Under the pieces are notes generated by a model. It saw nothing but the letters and a program-made list of their open reading frames with translations. It searched no databases and was not told the DNA's origin. A stretch of 64,000 bases of DNA from an uncultured Gammaproteobacteria bacterium (lineage in GTDB: Bacteria > Patescibacteriota > Microgenomatia > Levybacterales > UBA12049), in contig CAYYSJ010000007.1 of NCBI GenBank assembly GCA_964474445.1, positions 3,112 to 67,111 of the forward strand, given 5' to 3'. Both the position numbers and the translations under genes were made by a program. Below are positions 31,868 through 41,546 of the stretch, piece by piece (position 1 is the stretch's first letter; each line of letters begins with the position of its first letter).

Positions 31868-32032
31868 ATGGCAAAGTATTGACCAAAGACGAAACAACTA
31901 GTCGAAGAAGAACTACACGAACACAAAACCAAGGGAAAGTGGAAAAGTAGAAAACAAGCAATTGCTGTCGCACTCAATGTAGCCCGTGAAGAAGGAGATA
32001 AAGTTCTTCCTCCTAAGAAAAGAAAGTCATGA
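31868..32032 (+). pseudogene. DUF6496-like small basic protein with an in-frame TGA at codon 5
   Basis: MAKY*PKTKQLVEEELHEHKTKGKWKSRKQAIAVALNVAREEGDKVLPPKKRKS; SRKQAIA motif. Confidence 0.65.
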
Positions 32033-32080
32033 AGACCACGATTAACTGAATTTTATCTCAGCAAATGATACACTATTGAT

Positions 32081-32611
32081 ATGAAATACCTTGCTTTATT
32101 ACGAGGAATAAATGTTGGTGGAAAAAGCACAGTAAGAATGGCGGAGCTTCAAGAATCAATGAGAAAAGCAGGATTTCGTAACGTATCAACATTTATTAAC
32201 AGTGGAAACGTTCTCTTTGAGTCTGATGAAACTGACATACAACAACTCACAAAACAAATCGATGCATTATTATTAAAAACTTTTTTTGCCATTAAAACTG
32301 TTGTTATCTCTGATAAAAACTTAGAAGATATCATCAAACATATACCAGACAGTTGGACAAAGAATGATTTGCAAAAATACATTGCATTTATAAAAAGTCC
32401 GTCTGTTCCAGAAGATATTATCCAAGAAGTGCAGTTGAAGGAAGGAATTGATTTTATTGAAAAAGGACCAGGGGTTGTCTTTATGTCTACAAAAATGGAT
32501 GGACTGACCAAGAGCGGCTTTCCTAAATTAATTACAAAAAAAGTCTATCAAGATATAACGATACGAAATTACAATACTGTTGAGAAACTAGCTTTAATGA
32601 TGAGAAAATAA
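32081..32611 (+). CDS. DUF1697 family protein
   Basis: YLALLRGINVGG, TFINSGNV, TIRN. Confidence 0.92.
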   Translation: MKYLALLRGINVGGKSTVRMAELQESMRKAGFRNVSTFINSGNVLFESDETDIQQLTKQIDALLLKTFFAIKTVVISDKNLEDIIKHIPDSWTKNDLQKYIAFIKSPSVPEDIIQEVQLKEGIDFIEKGPGVVFMSTKMDGLTKSGFPKLITKKVYQDITIRNYNTVEKLALMMRK

Positions 32612-32636
32612 CATGGATTTCGTGGAGCTTTTTGTA

Positions 32637-33251
32637 TTATTTGGCAGCCTCATCTAACCTTTTTGCAACATCATCCCAATTAACGACATTCCACCATGCT
32701 TCTACGTAATCCGGTCGTTTATTGTAATACTGAAGATAATATGCGTGTTCCCATACATCAAGTCCAAGAAGTGGAATTTTCCCTTGCGTTAATGGTGAAT
32801 CCTGATTGGGAGTACTCATCATCTTTACCTCCCCATTGTCCCATACAAGCCACTCCCATCCACTTCCAAAGATCTTTACCGCAGCTTGGCTAAATTGTTC
32901 TTTGAATGTCTTAAGATCACCAAATGTATGCTGTATTTTATCTAAGAGTGTCCCTGATGGTTCTTGGCCTGTTCCTTTTTTTGGTGCCATCATCTTCCAA
33001 AACATAGAGTGATTATAATGACCTCCTCCATGATTTCGTACAGTCGTTCTTACATCTTCAGGTATCTGATCTAACGATTTGATAATTTCTCCAATACTTT
33101 TTTCTTGCCATTCTGGATATTTTTCTAGCGCTTTATTGAGATTATCTATGTAAGCCCTATGGTGTTTATCATGATGGAGATATTGAATATCTTTACTAAT
33201 AAAAGGAGCAAGGGCATCATAATCGTATGGGAGATCTGGAAGAGTAAACAT
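32637..33251 (-). CDS. sodA: Superoxide dismutase (Mn-type signature)
   Basis: LPDLPY, HHDKHH, GGGHYNH, NQD, DVWEHAYY; start at MFTLP. Confidence 0.95.
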   Translation of the reverse strand: MFTLPDLPYDYDALAPFISKDIQYLHHDKHHRAYIDNLNKALEKYPEWQEKSIGEIIKSLDQIPEDVRTTVRNHGGGHYNHSMFWKMMAPKKGTGQEPSGTLLDKIQHTFGDLKTFKEQFSQAAVKIFGSGWEWLVWDNGEVKMMSTPNQDSPLTQGKIPLLGLDVWEHAYYLQYYNKRPDYVEAWWNVVNWDDVAKRLDEAAK

Positions 33252-33657
33252 ATCTTCAATGTACTTAATATGACCTGTTTTGTCAACCGTCTGGTAGAAA
33301 GTCAAGCGTGAAAATTAAAAAAAACACACGTTGTCACGTCATTATAGCTATACTTACAGGTCTCTATTCTAATATATATTATTTATTAAAATAATGAAAT
33401 AGACTCAACTGATGGGATATATATACATATGACGACTAAAATTATCCTCATCTATCGACATTCACTTAAAAATAGCCTATAATATATACCGCGTGAGAGC
33501 AATCCTTATTTGCTACAAATGTGGAAAGAAATTTGAGATACATTCTCGCGATGTTCTTAAATTCTTAAGGCTCTCTTATAGAGAGGAATAATCAGTTACT
33601 TGAGCATATAGAAATGCAACTGATAACGCAAAGATTCTACTTAAGTTTATTTAATGT

Positions 33658-34563
33658 ATGAAGGTAGAAATTACTAGAACAATTCAATATCAACCTGAAA
33701 GAGCCTGTGTTTATGTTGGAATGTTAGATAATCAACAGGTACTTATAAAAGACAGTGGAAGACCGGCTAGATTTCAACATGAGGCAGAAGTTTATCGTAG
33801 ATTGTCAAGCTCTGTAAGAGGTAAAGCTCGAAATAAACCTCTTGTGTTTCCAAAGTTAGTGGACATCAATGACGCTGAGCATCGTTTGATAATAGAGTAT
33901 GTCAATGGCGTAAGTTTAAAGGAACTACTAAACAATCAGGATAGGTCATTATCATCAATTGAGAAATATACAATTTCAAAAAAACTATTAGAAGCAACTG
34001 GTTTTTTTAATAAAAGCGGAATTGCACATTTAGACGGCCATCCTGATAATGTAATTTATGATTCAAACAGTGAAAGATTGGTATTGTTTGATTATGATCT
34101 CTCTCTATTAGGCAACCCATCCCTGAAAAAAGTCAAAAACGATTATGCTCGAGCAGCAACAACGAAGAGTACATTTTATTTACCGAACGTTCCTGGGGTA
34201 ACGATACATGCTCCTGAATTAATGCAAGTTGGCACAATAGATGGAGAAGCAGCTGATAGATACTCTACAGCATGTACTGTTATACAAGTTTGTTGGGGAT
34301 TTCAGCCACTTCTAGAATCTACAAAAAATGACCAAACTAGACTTAATATTGGAGAGTTAAGACAAGCAGTGCAAATGTCTCCACAGTATAGACCAGAACA
34401 ATCTCCTTTACTAGAACAATTATTAGTTAATCTTTCATTTGATCCTAAAAAAAGGAACAGTTCTTATAAAAGATTGATCTCGACATTGGATACATTAATT
34501 TCATATGATAGTAAAGGTCTAAAATCAAAACCTTTCTCTTCCTCCAGAAGACCGGGTTTATGA
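33658..34563 (+). CDS. Divergent Hanks-type Ser/Thr protein kinase domain protein
   Basis: VLIK, IAHLDGHPDNV, FDYD, APE, DRYS; no glycine-rich loop. Confidence 0.7.
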   Translation: MKVEITRTIQYQPERACVYVGMLDNQQVLIKDSGRPARFQHEAEVYRRLSSSVRGKARNKPLVFPKLVDINDAEHRLIIEYVNGVSLKELLNNQDRSLSSIEKYTISKKLLEATGFFNKSGIAHLDGHPDNVIYDSNSERLVLFDYDLSLLGNPSLKKVKNDYARAATTKSTFYLPNVPGVTIHAPELMQVGTIDGEAADRYSTACTVIQVCWGFQPLLESTKNDQTRLNIGELRQAVQMSPQYRPEQSPLLEQLLVNLSFDPKKRNSSYKRLISTLDTLISYDSKGLKSKPFSSSRRPGL

Positions 34564-34582
34564 GGGTACTATTGATTTTATT

Positions 34583-35215
34583 ATGTTAGCATCTATTTCT
34601 CAAAACAAATATACAACATTTTACATTGTGCGTCACGGAGAAACCGATTGGAACACTACAAAAAAAATACAAGGTAGTAGCGATATTCACCTTAATGAAA
34701 GGGGCATAAAACAAGCTGAAGCATTATCTCTGAAACTAAACTCTATTATATTTTCCTCAGCTTTCTCTTCAAACTTAAGTCGAGCAAAGGATACTGGAAA
34801 CATACTTCTTGCAAAGAAAAATGTCCAACTTCAAGCAACAAACAGCCTAAAAGAAAGAGAGTTTGGCTCTCTAGAAGGAAAAAGTACAGATTACTTGCAC
34901 AAAATGCATACACTTTTTGCTACTTTCACGGACAAACAGATACTAGAATATAAGTATGATCAGAGTTTTGAAAGTAATCAAGAAGTTATGAAAAGAGTTA
35001 CTCGCTTTCTAAGAAAAGTTGGAAAAGAGTTTTTTGGACAGAATATACTTGTCGTTACACATTCTGGTGTTATAAGACCTCTTCTTGTTGAACTTGGAGC
35101 AGGAAGATATACAGACTTTCCTTCGGGATCAATCGATAATGGAGCATATCTAAAAATTCTTTTTGATGGAAAAAACTTTTTTTTGGCTGAAACAGATGGG
35201 ATTCACAAAAGGTAA
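34583..35215 (+). CDS. Histidine phosphatase family protein
   Basis: RHGET, EREFG, VTHSG. Confidence 0.93.
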   Translation: MLASISQNKYTTFYIVRHGETDWNTTKKIQGSSDIHLNERGIKQAEALSLKLNSIIFSSAFSSNLSRAKDTGNILLAKKNVQLQATNSLKEREFGSLEGKSTDYLHKMHTLFATFTDKQILEYKYDQSFESNQEVMKRVTRFLRKVGKEFFGQNILVVTHSGVIRPLLVELGAGRYTDFPSGSIDNGAYLKILFDGKNFFLAETDGIHKR

Positions 35216-35339
35216 TAGGTTGATCTAGAGGCTTGTTGCAAAAGCACAGCTCGAGAAAAAGCAACAGAGGAGTGACATTTCTATTGTCATCCGACACCAT
35301 CTGGTAGAGAAAAGACTCTGATTTCTTTTGATATATCTA

Positions 35340-36524
35340 TTATTTCGTTATTTTCTGTCGAAATAGGAAGAGAACAACAAATGCAAAAAGTGCCATGATA
35401 CTTCCATAAAAAAACGTAGCTGAAGGATTTATCCTACTCCATAGTATTCCGCCAATAACTGAAGCGAAAAATGTTCCAACAGCAGTAAGGGTATAATAAG
35501 CACCAAAGAACGTACCAGACTCTTTTTGAGTAATAAACTCTGAAATATATGCCTTCGATACCCCATCAGTTGCTGCGATATAGACACCATAAAGAGGAAA
35601 TAGTATCCAAAGCCATACTGGATTGTTCACTAATCCAAAGAGAGCATATACGAGTGCAAAAACAAGAAGTCCTCCAGAAAAAATTTTTCGTGCTCCTAGT
35701 GTATCTGATAAATATCCAGCAGGTGTTGCAAATATCGTTTGGGAGAGGTTGTAGAGCACATACGCTAAAACAACAGAGATTGTACTTAACCCCAAATTTT
35801 TTGCATATAACAGAAGGAAAGTATCTGAGCTGTTCCCTAAAGCAAATATGAAGCTTATAACAAGAAACAGTTTGAGTTTTGGTTGCAATAGTTTCCAGTC
35901 AATTTTGACAAACTCTCTTTTCTCCTCTACCAATACTTGTCTTTTCTCTTTGACAAGAACTACTAAAATGCAAACAGCAATCACTCCTGGAATAAATGCG
36001 AGAAAAAAAGTAAGACGAAGGTTATCTTTTAATAAATACAAGGCAACAAGAGCAAGGAGTGGTCCAATCACTGCCCCAAGACTATCAAACGCTCTATGAA
36101 ATCCAAAAATGAATCCTTTATTCTCTGGTGTGGTGTTCTCCAAAAGTAAACTATCCCGTGGTGCAGTACGCAGTCCTTTTCCAAGTCTGTCAATAAAGCG
36201 AGCAAAGAGAACAAAGGGCCATGCATAAGCTAAACCAATAAGCAGTTTTGAGACAGCCCCAAATGAATACCCAAGAGTCACAAAGATTTTTCTTTTTTTT
36301 AGATAATCTGAGTATGTTCCAAAAAAGTATTTTGTAATGCTTGCAGTTGCCTCAGCAAACCCTTCAATAAAACCAAGGATAGGAATTGATGTGTGAAGAA
36401 CAGTCGTAAGGAAAATCGGAACAATTGGATAAATCATCTCTGAAGCAATATCATTGAAAAAGCTCACGAGTCCAAGCACAAAAACGGGAATAGGTATTTT
36501 TCTTTTCAATGGCAAAAATTTCAT
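35340..36524 (-). CDS. MFS transporter
   Basis: DIASEMIYP, DRLGKGLRTAPRD; many TMs. Confidence 0.92.
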   Translation of the reverse strand: MKFLPLKRKIPIPVFVLGLVSFFNDIASEMIYPIVPIFLTTVLHTSIPILGFIEGFAEATASITKYFFGTYSDYLKKRKIFVTLGYSFGAVSKLLIGLAYAWPFVLFARFIDRLGKGLRTAPRDSLLLENTTPENKGFIFGFHRAFDSLGAVIGPLLALVALYLLKDNLRLTFFLAFIPGVIAVCILVVLVKEKRQVLVEEKREFVKIDWKLLQPKLKLFLVISFIFALGNSSDTFLLLYAKNLGLSTISVVLAYVLYNLSQTIFATPAGYLSDTLGARKIFSGGLLVFALVYALFGLVNNPVWLWILFPLYGVYIAATDGVSKAYISEFITQKESGTFFGAYYTLTAVGTFFASVIGGILWSRINPSATFFYGSIMALFAFVVLFLFRQKITK

Positions 36525-36622
36525 AGGTCTAGCTTATTGTAAAAAAGTTTTGAATTATTGTGAAGTACCTCAAGACTAATGAAGAATTATTTGTCCTGTT
36601 TGAATTTTTCTTCTTACACGCA

Positions 36623-37405
36623 CTATTTCTTCGTATCCGTACTATTTAATACAGATGCAGGCTTTGTCGGTACTGGTGAAAGTGATGGTGCTAGAGCGCT
36701 ATTTAGCCTGTCCTTTCCAAGAATAATAAGGATATCCACCCCATCTTGAGGACTCTCTGTACTTGGGAGATTGGTAACTGTTGCGTTATAGAAAGTTGCT
36801 AACGCTTGTCCGGCACTTTTTGCAAGAGGATTAAATACGACGACTATTGTTTTTGCATAATCAGTATTATTTGCAGTCCCTGTTTTGACAATACTTGCCC
36901 CTGGAAATGTACTTTGAAGACTCGTCTGTTCTTTTCCAGCTAATCCATCAGTTACAGTCCCATTAAGAATTGCAATTTTTGCTTGAGGAGCTTGATTTGG
37001 TTGTGCTCCTACATTAACTGGACCAACATTGATAATTTTGTGAGCACTTGGACTATAGAGAATTGCCATTTGTGATTTTGTAAAGATAAGTACCTTATCC
37101 CCATTTTTTGCAAATTTAAAAAAGATTTGATTATTTAATTTTGAGACATCTGTCACCGTTGCAATCGTTGGAAGCTCATCATTTGGCAAAAGCATGAATT
37201 TTCCTACTTCAGCTGCTAATCTTTTTGCTTCTTCTTGATTTCTTTGCATAACATTTTTTGGTAAGTTTTGTTGATATTGATAATAGAAATATCCACCCGC
37301 TCCGAGACCTATCAACGTAAGAATTACTGCAACAATATAATATATCTTTGCAGAAACCAGAAACTTTACTTTTCTATTACTAAGGTGTGGAATCGTATCG
37401 TTCAT
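36623..37405 (-). CDS. Membrane-anchored LytR C-terminal domain protein
   Basis: N-terminal TM; ILNGT..GLA, DILIILGKD. Confidence 0.8.
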   Translation of the reverse strand: MNDTIPHLSNRKVKFLVSAKIYYIVAVILTLIGLGAGGYFYYQYQQNLPKNVMQRNQEEAKRLAAEVGKFMLLPNDELPTIATVTDVSKLNNQIFFKFAKNGDKVLIFTKSQMAILYSPSAHKIINVGPVNVGAQPNQAPQAKIAILNGTVTDGLAGKEQTSLQSTFPGASIVKTGTANNTDYAKTIVVVFNPLAKSAGQALATFYNATVTNLPSTESPQDGVDILIILGKDRLNSALAPSLSPVPTKPASVLNSTDTKK

Positions 37406-37542
37406 AACCTTTACTTTATCATAAATTGTATTGCATTACCATTAATACTGCTCTCGAAGTAGCAGTTTATAGTCTATTAAATTCTTCTATTAATAGAGCA
37501 ATAACTAAATAAATTATATTCCAAGTACTGTTAAGCACTAAC

Positions 37543-40500
37543 TTAGTTGCTGGATCCTTTAACAACAGTATAATTTATCACAGGAGCATCCACTGCAGTT
37601 CCTCCGGTTGTGAGAAAAGTAATCTGGAAACTTCCTGCTGCTATATTTGTTACAAATAGCTCATACAGATTAGTTCCTGAATTTTGATTCAAAAGGATCG
37701 TATCTGTTGCTGCAACTGTACTGTTTGTAACAGTAAATGAAGTTGCTGTAGCTGACCCTGCTGCTGAAAAGAGAGTTATTTGACCTGTTGTCTTATTAAG
37801 CGTAACGCCTGTTGATCTACTAGTAAGTTGTGTAACAGTACCTCCTGCTCCTGCTCCATAACCGATTCCAGTTGATCCAGTTGATTTAATAAATCCTGTT
37901 GCAGTCAATGGACCATTAACCGTTGCTCCTGCATTAGATGTTGAATTACCAATGGTAACAAGACCAGAAGTTGCGGAAATAGTATTAATACCTACTGTAC
38001 CTGTTCCTTTTCCATCTAAAGTAAGATTCGTATTGGCACCTGAATCAATTGCAGCAAGGGCTGTCGTGCCTCCTGTCGCGGCTCCTGTTACTGATAAACC
38101 AGTCGCAACAGAAGCTGTACTAGCATTAACTTGAAGTACAGGATTCAATGATCCACCCGCTCCAACTGTTAATGCATTCGCACTAGTTGATGTAACCGTA
38201 ATTGCACCTGATCCAATGGTTCCAGCGCCTGTTATATTACCCGCTGATGTAATTGTAATGTTTGGTGATGTGAGAAAGTTCGTATATCCAGTACCAAAGG
38301 TAAGTGCGTTAAAGTTATTATTTGCAACTGCACTTACATTGGCAAAATTAATACCAGTATTGGTATTGGTTCCACTTGATGGTGCAGTACCAACCATTGC
38401 CACAGAAAGTCCATTCACACTTGTTCCCGCTGCTGCGTTACTGTTTGTCACATTAAATGTTGTTGCTGTACCAGTGGTGTTTGAATAATTTTGAGTAACT
38501 GTTCCCGTTCCAGAAGCCAGTGTTAATGTCTTATTTGCTGATACTGTAGTATTTGCACCTAAGGTAATAGCATTTGCATTGGTAGTACCAATATTAACAC
38601 CCGCCGCTCCTCCGGTATCAAGCGTTACTGCATTTGCACCTGTTGATTGGAATGTAAATGCTCCCGCAACTGCTGGCTGTACAGCAGTCGAGGAGAGAGT
38701 CACGCCGTTATAACTTCCTGCGCCAGTAATAACACCACCTGAGGTAACATTAATGTTTGGTGATGTGACAAAGTTTGTATACCCAGTACCAAAGGTAAGC
38801 GCATTAAATGTATTATTTGCAACTGCACTTACATTGGCAAAATTAATACCAGTATTGGTATTGGTTCCACTTGATGGTGCAGTACCAACCATTGCAACAG
38901 AAAGCCCATTCACACTTGTTCCTGCTGCTGCATTACTGTTTGTCACATTAAATGTTGTTGCCGTACCTGTGGTGTTTGAATAATTTTGGGTAATTGTTCC
39001 CGTTCCAGAAGTAAGTGTTAATGTTCTATTTGCAGCAATTGTTGTATTCCCATTAAGATTGTTCGCTCCAGTTGATGTTGAGAAGGTACCTGTACCGTTA
39101 AAGGTATAATTTGGATTATTTGTACCATTACCGAAATTAAGAGCATTTGCATTGGTATTACCAACGTTGACAGCAGCTGCTCCTCCTGCATCTAATGTCA
39201 AAGCATTAGCACCATTTGATTGGACTGCAAGCACTCCAGCAGATGTTGGCTGAATAGTACTACCAACTGTAATGTTTGCACCAGTAACGGTTAATGTTCT
39301 GGATGTTGTACCTCCTGCAACGGTAAAACCATCTGCTGCAGAGGTTAAGGTTAACCCATTGACGGTACTGGATGTCGCAAGCGGACCACTCACGGTTGTT
39401 GTCACGCCTGATCGTCCGATTGTCACACCATTTGCATTTGTTGTCCCAATATTGATTCCTGCTGCTCCTCCTGCATCAAGGGTGAGGGCTGTTGCTCCTC
39501 CGGAAGTAACTGACAGTGCTCCAGATCCCGTAATATTCCCGCCAGCAGTAAAGGCAGGCAGGGTTAACCCAGTCGTTGTTACTGTTCCATTGATGGCTGG
39601 AGCTGTTAATGTCTTATTTGTTAATGTCTGGGTTGCTCCGATACCAACAACCGTATCGGTTGCCGTTGGGAATGTCATGGTTGTTCCATCGGTACCTGCT
39701 AAGGTTAAGGTATTGCTGACTGTTAATGTTTTAGCTGTTGTTCCACCAGCAATCCCAAACCCTGTTGCATTTGCCGTAAGGGTAAGACCATTAATTGCAC
39801 CGAAACTTGAAATGGTTGGAGAACCTGAACCAGTAATATTGCCACTGGCAGTAAAGGCAGGCAGTGTTAATCCTGTCGTTGCGACTGTTCCATTGATTGT
39901 TGGAGCTGTTAGTGTTTTGTTTGTTAATGTTTGTGTCGCCCCGGTACCAACAACGGTATCGTTCGCAGTTGGGAACGTCATGGTTGTACCATCAGTGCCT
40001 GAAAGGGTAAGTGAGTTATTTGCAGTTAATGTTTTTCCACTCGCTACAGTTAATCCGTTCACTGTTGTTGCATTAATTGTTCCAGAACCAGAAGTCGTAA
40101 GTGATGCCCCTGTTCCAACTATCATAGCTGCGCCTGTATTTGTACCCCCACTGAGTGTTGAGAAAGATGCGCCAGAGCCTGAACTTGCTGCAATGGTAAT
40201 ACCTCCTGCAGCATTTGTAATAGTTACTCCAGATCCAGCAGTAAGAGTTCCTAGACTGTATCCACTACCATTTCCAATTAATACCTGTCCATTTGTTGGT
40301 GTTGTCGTTACTCCGGTTCCACCATTACCAACAGGAAGCGTCCCTGTGACATCTGAAGAAGCAAGATTTGTTGCTGAGGAGGTAATACTACCAGAGCCAT
40401 TACTATGTAATATTCCCGATCCTAATGCACCAATTGTTAATCCACCTGAAAGATTGAGATTACCATTATTATCTATAGTAGCCTTTGTTAAGTTAAGGGC

Positions 40501-41487
40501 TGACCATCTATTACTTGATGTACCAAGTTGACCAACGCCTGATTGAGCAGGATACAAATCACCACCCGTAGAACCCAAAACTGCCCCATCTCCAAGTGCA
40601 CTTGAGTTTGTCCCAGCATTCGCTTGAGCAGAATTATACGTAGTTAACACACTACCTTCTGTTAACATAACATCATCAAGATATACAGCTCCACTTGTTA
40701 GTCCTTGAACCTGGAACATTGGATAATAATTTTTGCTATCAGTAATAAGTCCTCCCGTAGTCACTGTTGTTGAAATCCTATACCAATCTTTTGTTCCAGA
40801 TATTGTTATATTTTTAAATGAACCCTCTTTATTATTTTGTTCATCCCAAAACCCAATACGGAAGGTTGCATTAGAAGCATTGACATTTTTTACCCATGCA
40901 GAAAGTGTATATGTTCTCTGTGGAGTTGTTTTTGTGTTAGGTTGAGAAATACCAAAATTACCTGTTCCTCCACCAACAAACTTAAGTCCATAGCTTCCTG
41001 AATGAATTCCCTCTTGAGAAATAAAGGTATTCCCAGAATTTGAATCAAGCTGAGTATTCCATTGTGAGGGAATACTTCCAGTTCCGCCTGCCTCAAAAGA
41101 AGAATTTCGAAGAAGATTTACTCCGGCTGTATCTACAACTAAGGCATTTTGAGAAGGTGCTTGATTGAGGGAGCTTATTTGTAATGACAGATTCCCTACT
41201 TTTTGTTGAAGTGCTGCAAACGCGTCTGGATCAATACTTATTCCTTCTACCGCTCTTGTTTGAGGTTTTGACGCATTCACTACCAATGTATTTGTACTCT
41301 CATAAGGAGTCTTCCCTTGAAAGACAACGTTCATCACAGAACCCAAAAAATTTCGCATATCTTGTCCGCCAAAAGCTTGTGCACTTGGGACCTGAGAGAG
41401 GACAAGAATCACGATAAACGACGTTGCAATCAGAAACTTTCGTAAGGAAACCTTTGCTCTTTTTCTTTCTTTTTTGTTTTCTTTCAT
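37543..41487 (-). CDS. 1314-aa secreted surface protein: signal peptide, short coiled coil, CBM-like domain, T/G/A/N-rich fibre repeats
   Basis: Signal ending AQA; NLLRNSSFE...YTLSAWVK...YLDDVML; internal repeats. Confidence 0.8.
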   Translation of the reverse strand: MKENKKERKRAKVSLRKFLIATSFIVILVLSQVPSAQAFGGQDMRNFLGSVMNVVFQGKTPYESTNTLVVNASKPQTRAVEGISIDPDAFAALQQKVGNLSLQISSLNQAPSQNALVVDTAGVNLLRNSSFEAGGTGSIPSQWNTQLDSNSGNTFISQEGIHSGSYGLKFVGGGTGNFGISQPNTKTTPQRTYTLSAWVKNVNASNATFRIGFWDEQNNKEGSFKNITISGTKDWYRISTTVTTGGLITDSKNYYPMFQVQGLTSGAVYLDDVMLTEGSVLTTYNSAQANAGTNSSALGDGAVLGSTGGDLYPAQSGVGQLGTSSNRWSALNLTKATIDNNGNLNLSGGLTIGALGSGILHSNGSGSITSSATNLASSDVTGTLPVGNGGTGVTTTPTNGQVLIGNGSGYSLGTLTAGSGVTITNAAGGITIAASSGSGASFSTLSGGTNTGAAMIVGTGASLTTSGSGTINATTVNGLTVASGKTLTANNSLTLSGTDGTTMTFPTANDTVVGTGATQTLTNKTLTAPTINGTVATTGLTLPAFTASGNITGSGSPTISSFGAINGLTLTANATGFGIAGGTTAKTLTVSNTLTLAGTDGTTMTFPTATDTVVGIGATQTLTNKTLTAPAINGTVTTTGLTLPAFTAGGNITGSGALSVTSGGATALTLDAGGAAGINIGTTNANGVTIGRSGVTTTVSGPLATSSTVNGLTLTSAADGFTVAGGTTSRTLTVTGANITVGSTIQPTSAGVLAVQSNGANALTLDAGGAAAVNVGNTNANALNFGNGTNNPNYTFNGTGTFSTSTGANNLNGNTTIAANRTLTLTSGTGTITQNYSNTTGTATTFNVTNSNAAAGTSVNGLSVAMVGTAPSSGTNTNTGINFANVSAVANNTFNALTFGTGYTNFVTSPNINVTSGGVITGAGSYNGVTLSSTAVQPAVAGAFTFQSTGANAVTLDTGGAAGVNIGTTNANAITLGANTTVSANKTLTLASGTGTVTQNYSNTTGTATTFNVTNSNAAAGTSVNGLSVAMVGTAPSSGTNTNTGINFANVSAVANNNFNALTFGTGYTNFLTSPNITITSAGNITGAGTIGSGAITVTSTSANALTVGAGGSLNPVLQVNASTASVATGLSVTGAATGGTTALAAIDSGANTNLTLDGKGTGTVGINTISATSGLVTIGNSTSNAGATVNGPLTATGFIKSTGSTGIGYGAGAGGTVTQLTSRSTGVTLNKTTGQITLFSAAGSATATSFTVTNSTVAATDTILLNQNSGTNLYELFVTNIAAGSFQITFLTTGGTAVDAPVINYTVVKGSSN
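38258..39025 (-). repeat. Intragenic direct repeat: ~38258-38530 and ~38753-39025 (offset 495 nt)
   Basis: Near-identical TQNYSNTTGTATTF...GYTNF.TSPNI segments. Confidence 0.9.
39545..40035 (-). repeat. Intragenic direct repeat: ~39545-39732 and ~39848-40035 (offset 303 nt)
   Basis: GTDGTTMTFPTA.DTVVG.GATQTLTNKTLTAP.INGTV.TTGLTLPAFTA occurs twice. Confidence 0.9.
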
Positions 41488-41511
41488 AGAAATAGCATTA
41501 CATATTCATGA

Positions 41512-41528
41512 TGAAGATTATGTGAAGA
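41512..41528 (-). promoter_or_regulatory. OmpR-type tandem box TCTTCA-N5-TCTTCA upstream of the surface protein gene
   Basis: + strand TGAAGA at 41512 and 41523; same motif at 43273/43284. Confidence 0.65.
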
Positions 41529-41546
41529 AAATACTGTATTTCTTGT

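Noticed and set aside
31880-31882. Genome-wide TGA=Gly recoding (code 25)
   Set aside because: Long ORFs are intact in code 11 and TGA terminates several genes at the expected positions.
39272-40531. 419-aa + strand ORF and other antisense ORFs inside the surface protein gene
   Set aside because: Shadow frames caused by the Thr/Gly/Ala-rich codon bias of the real - strand gene.
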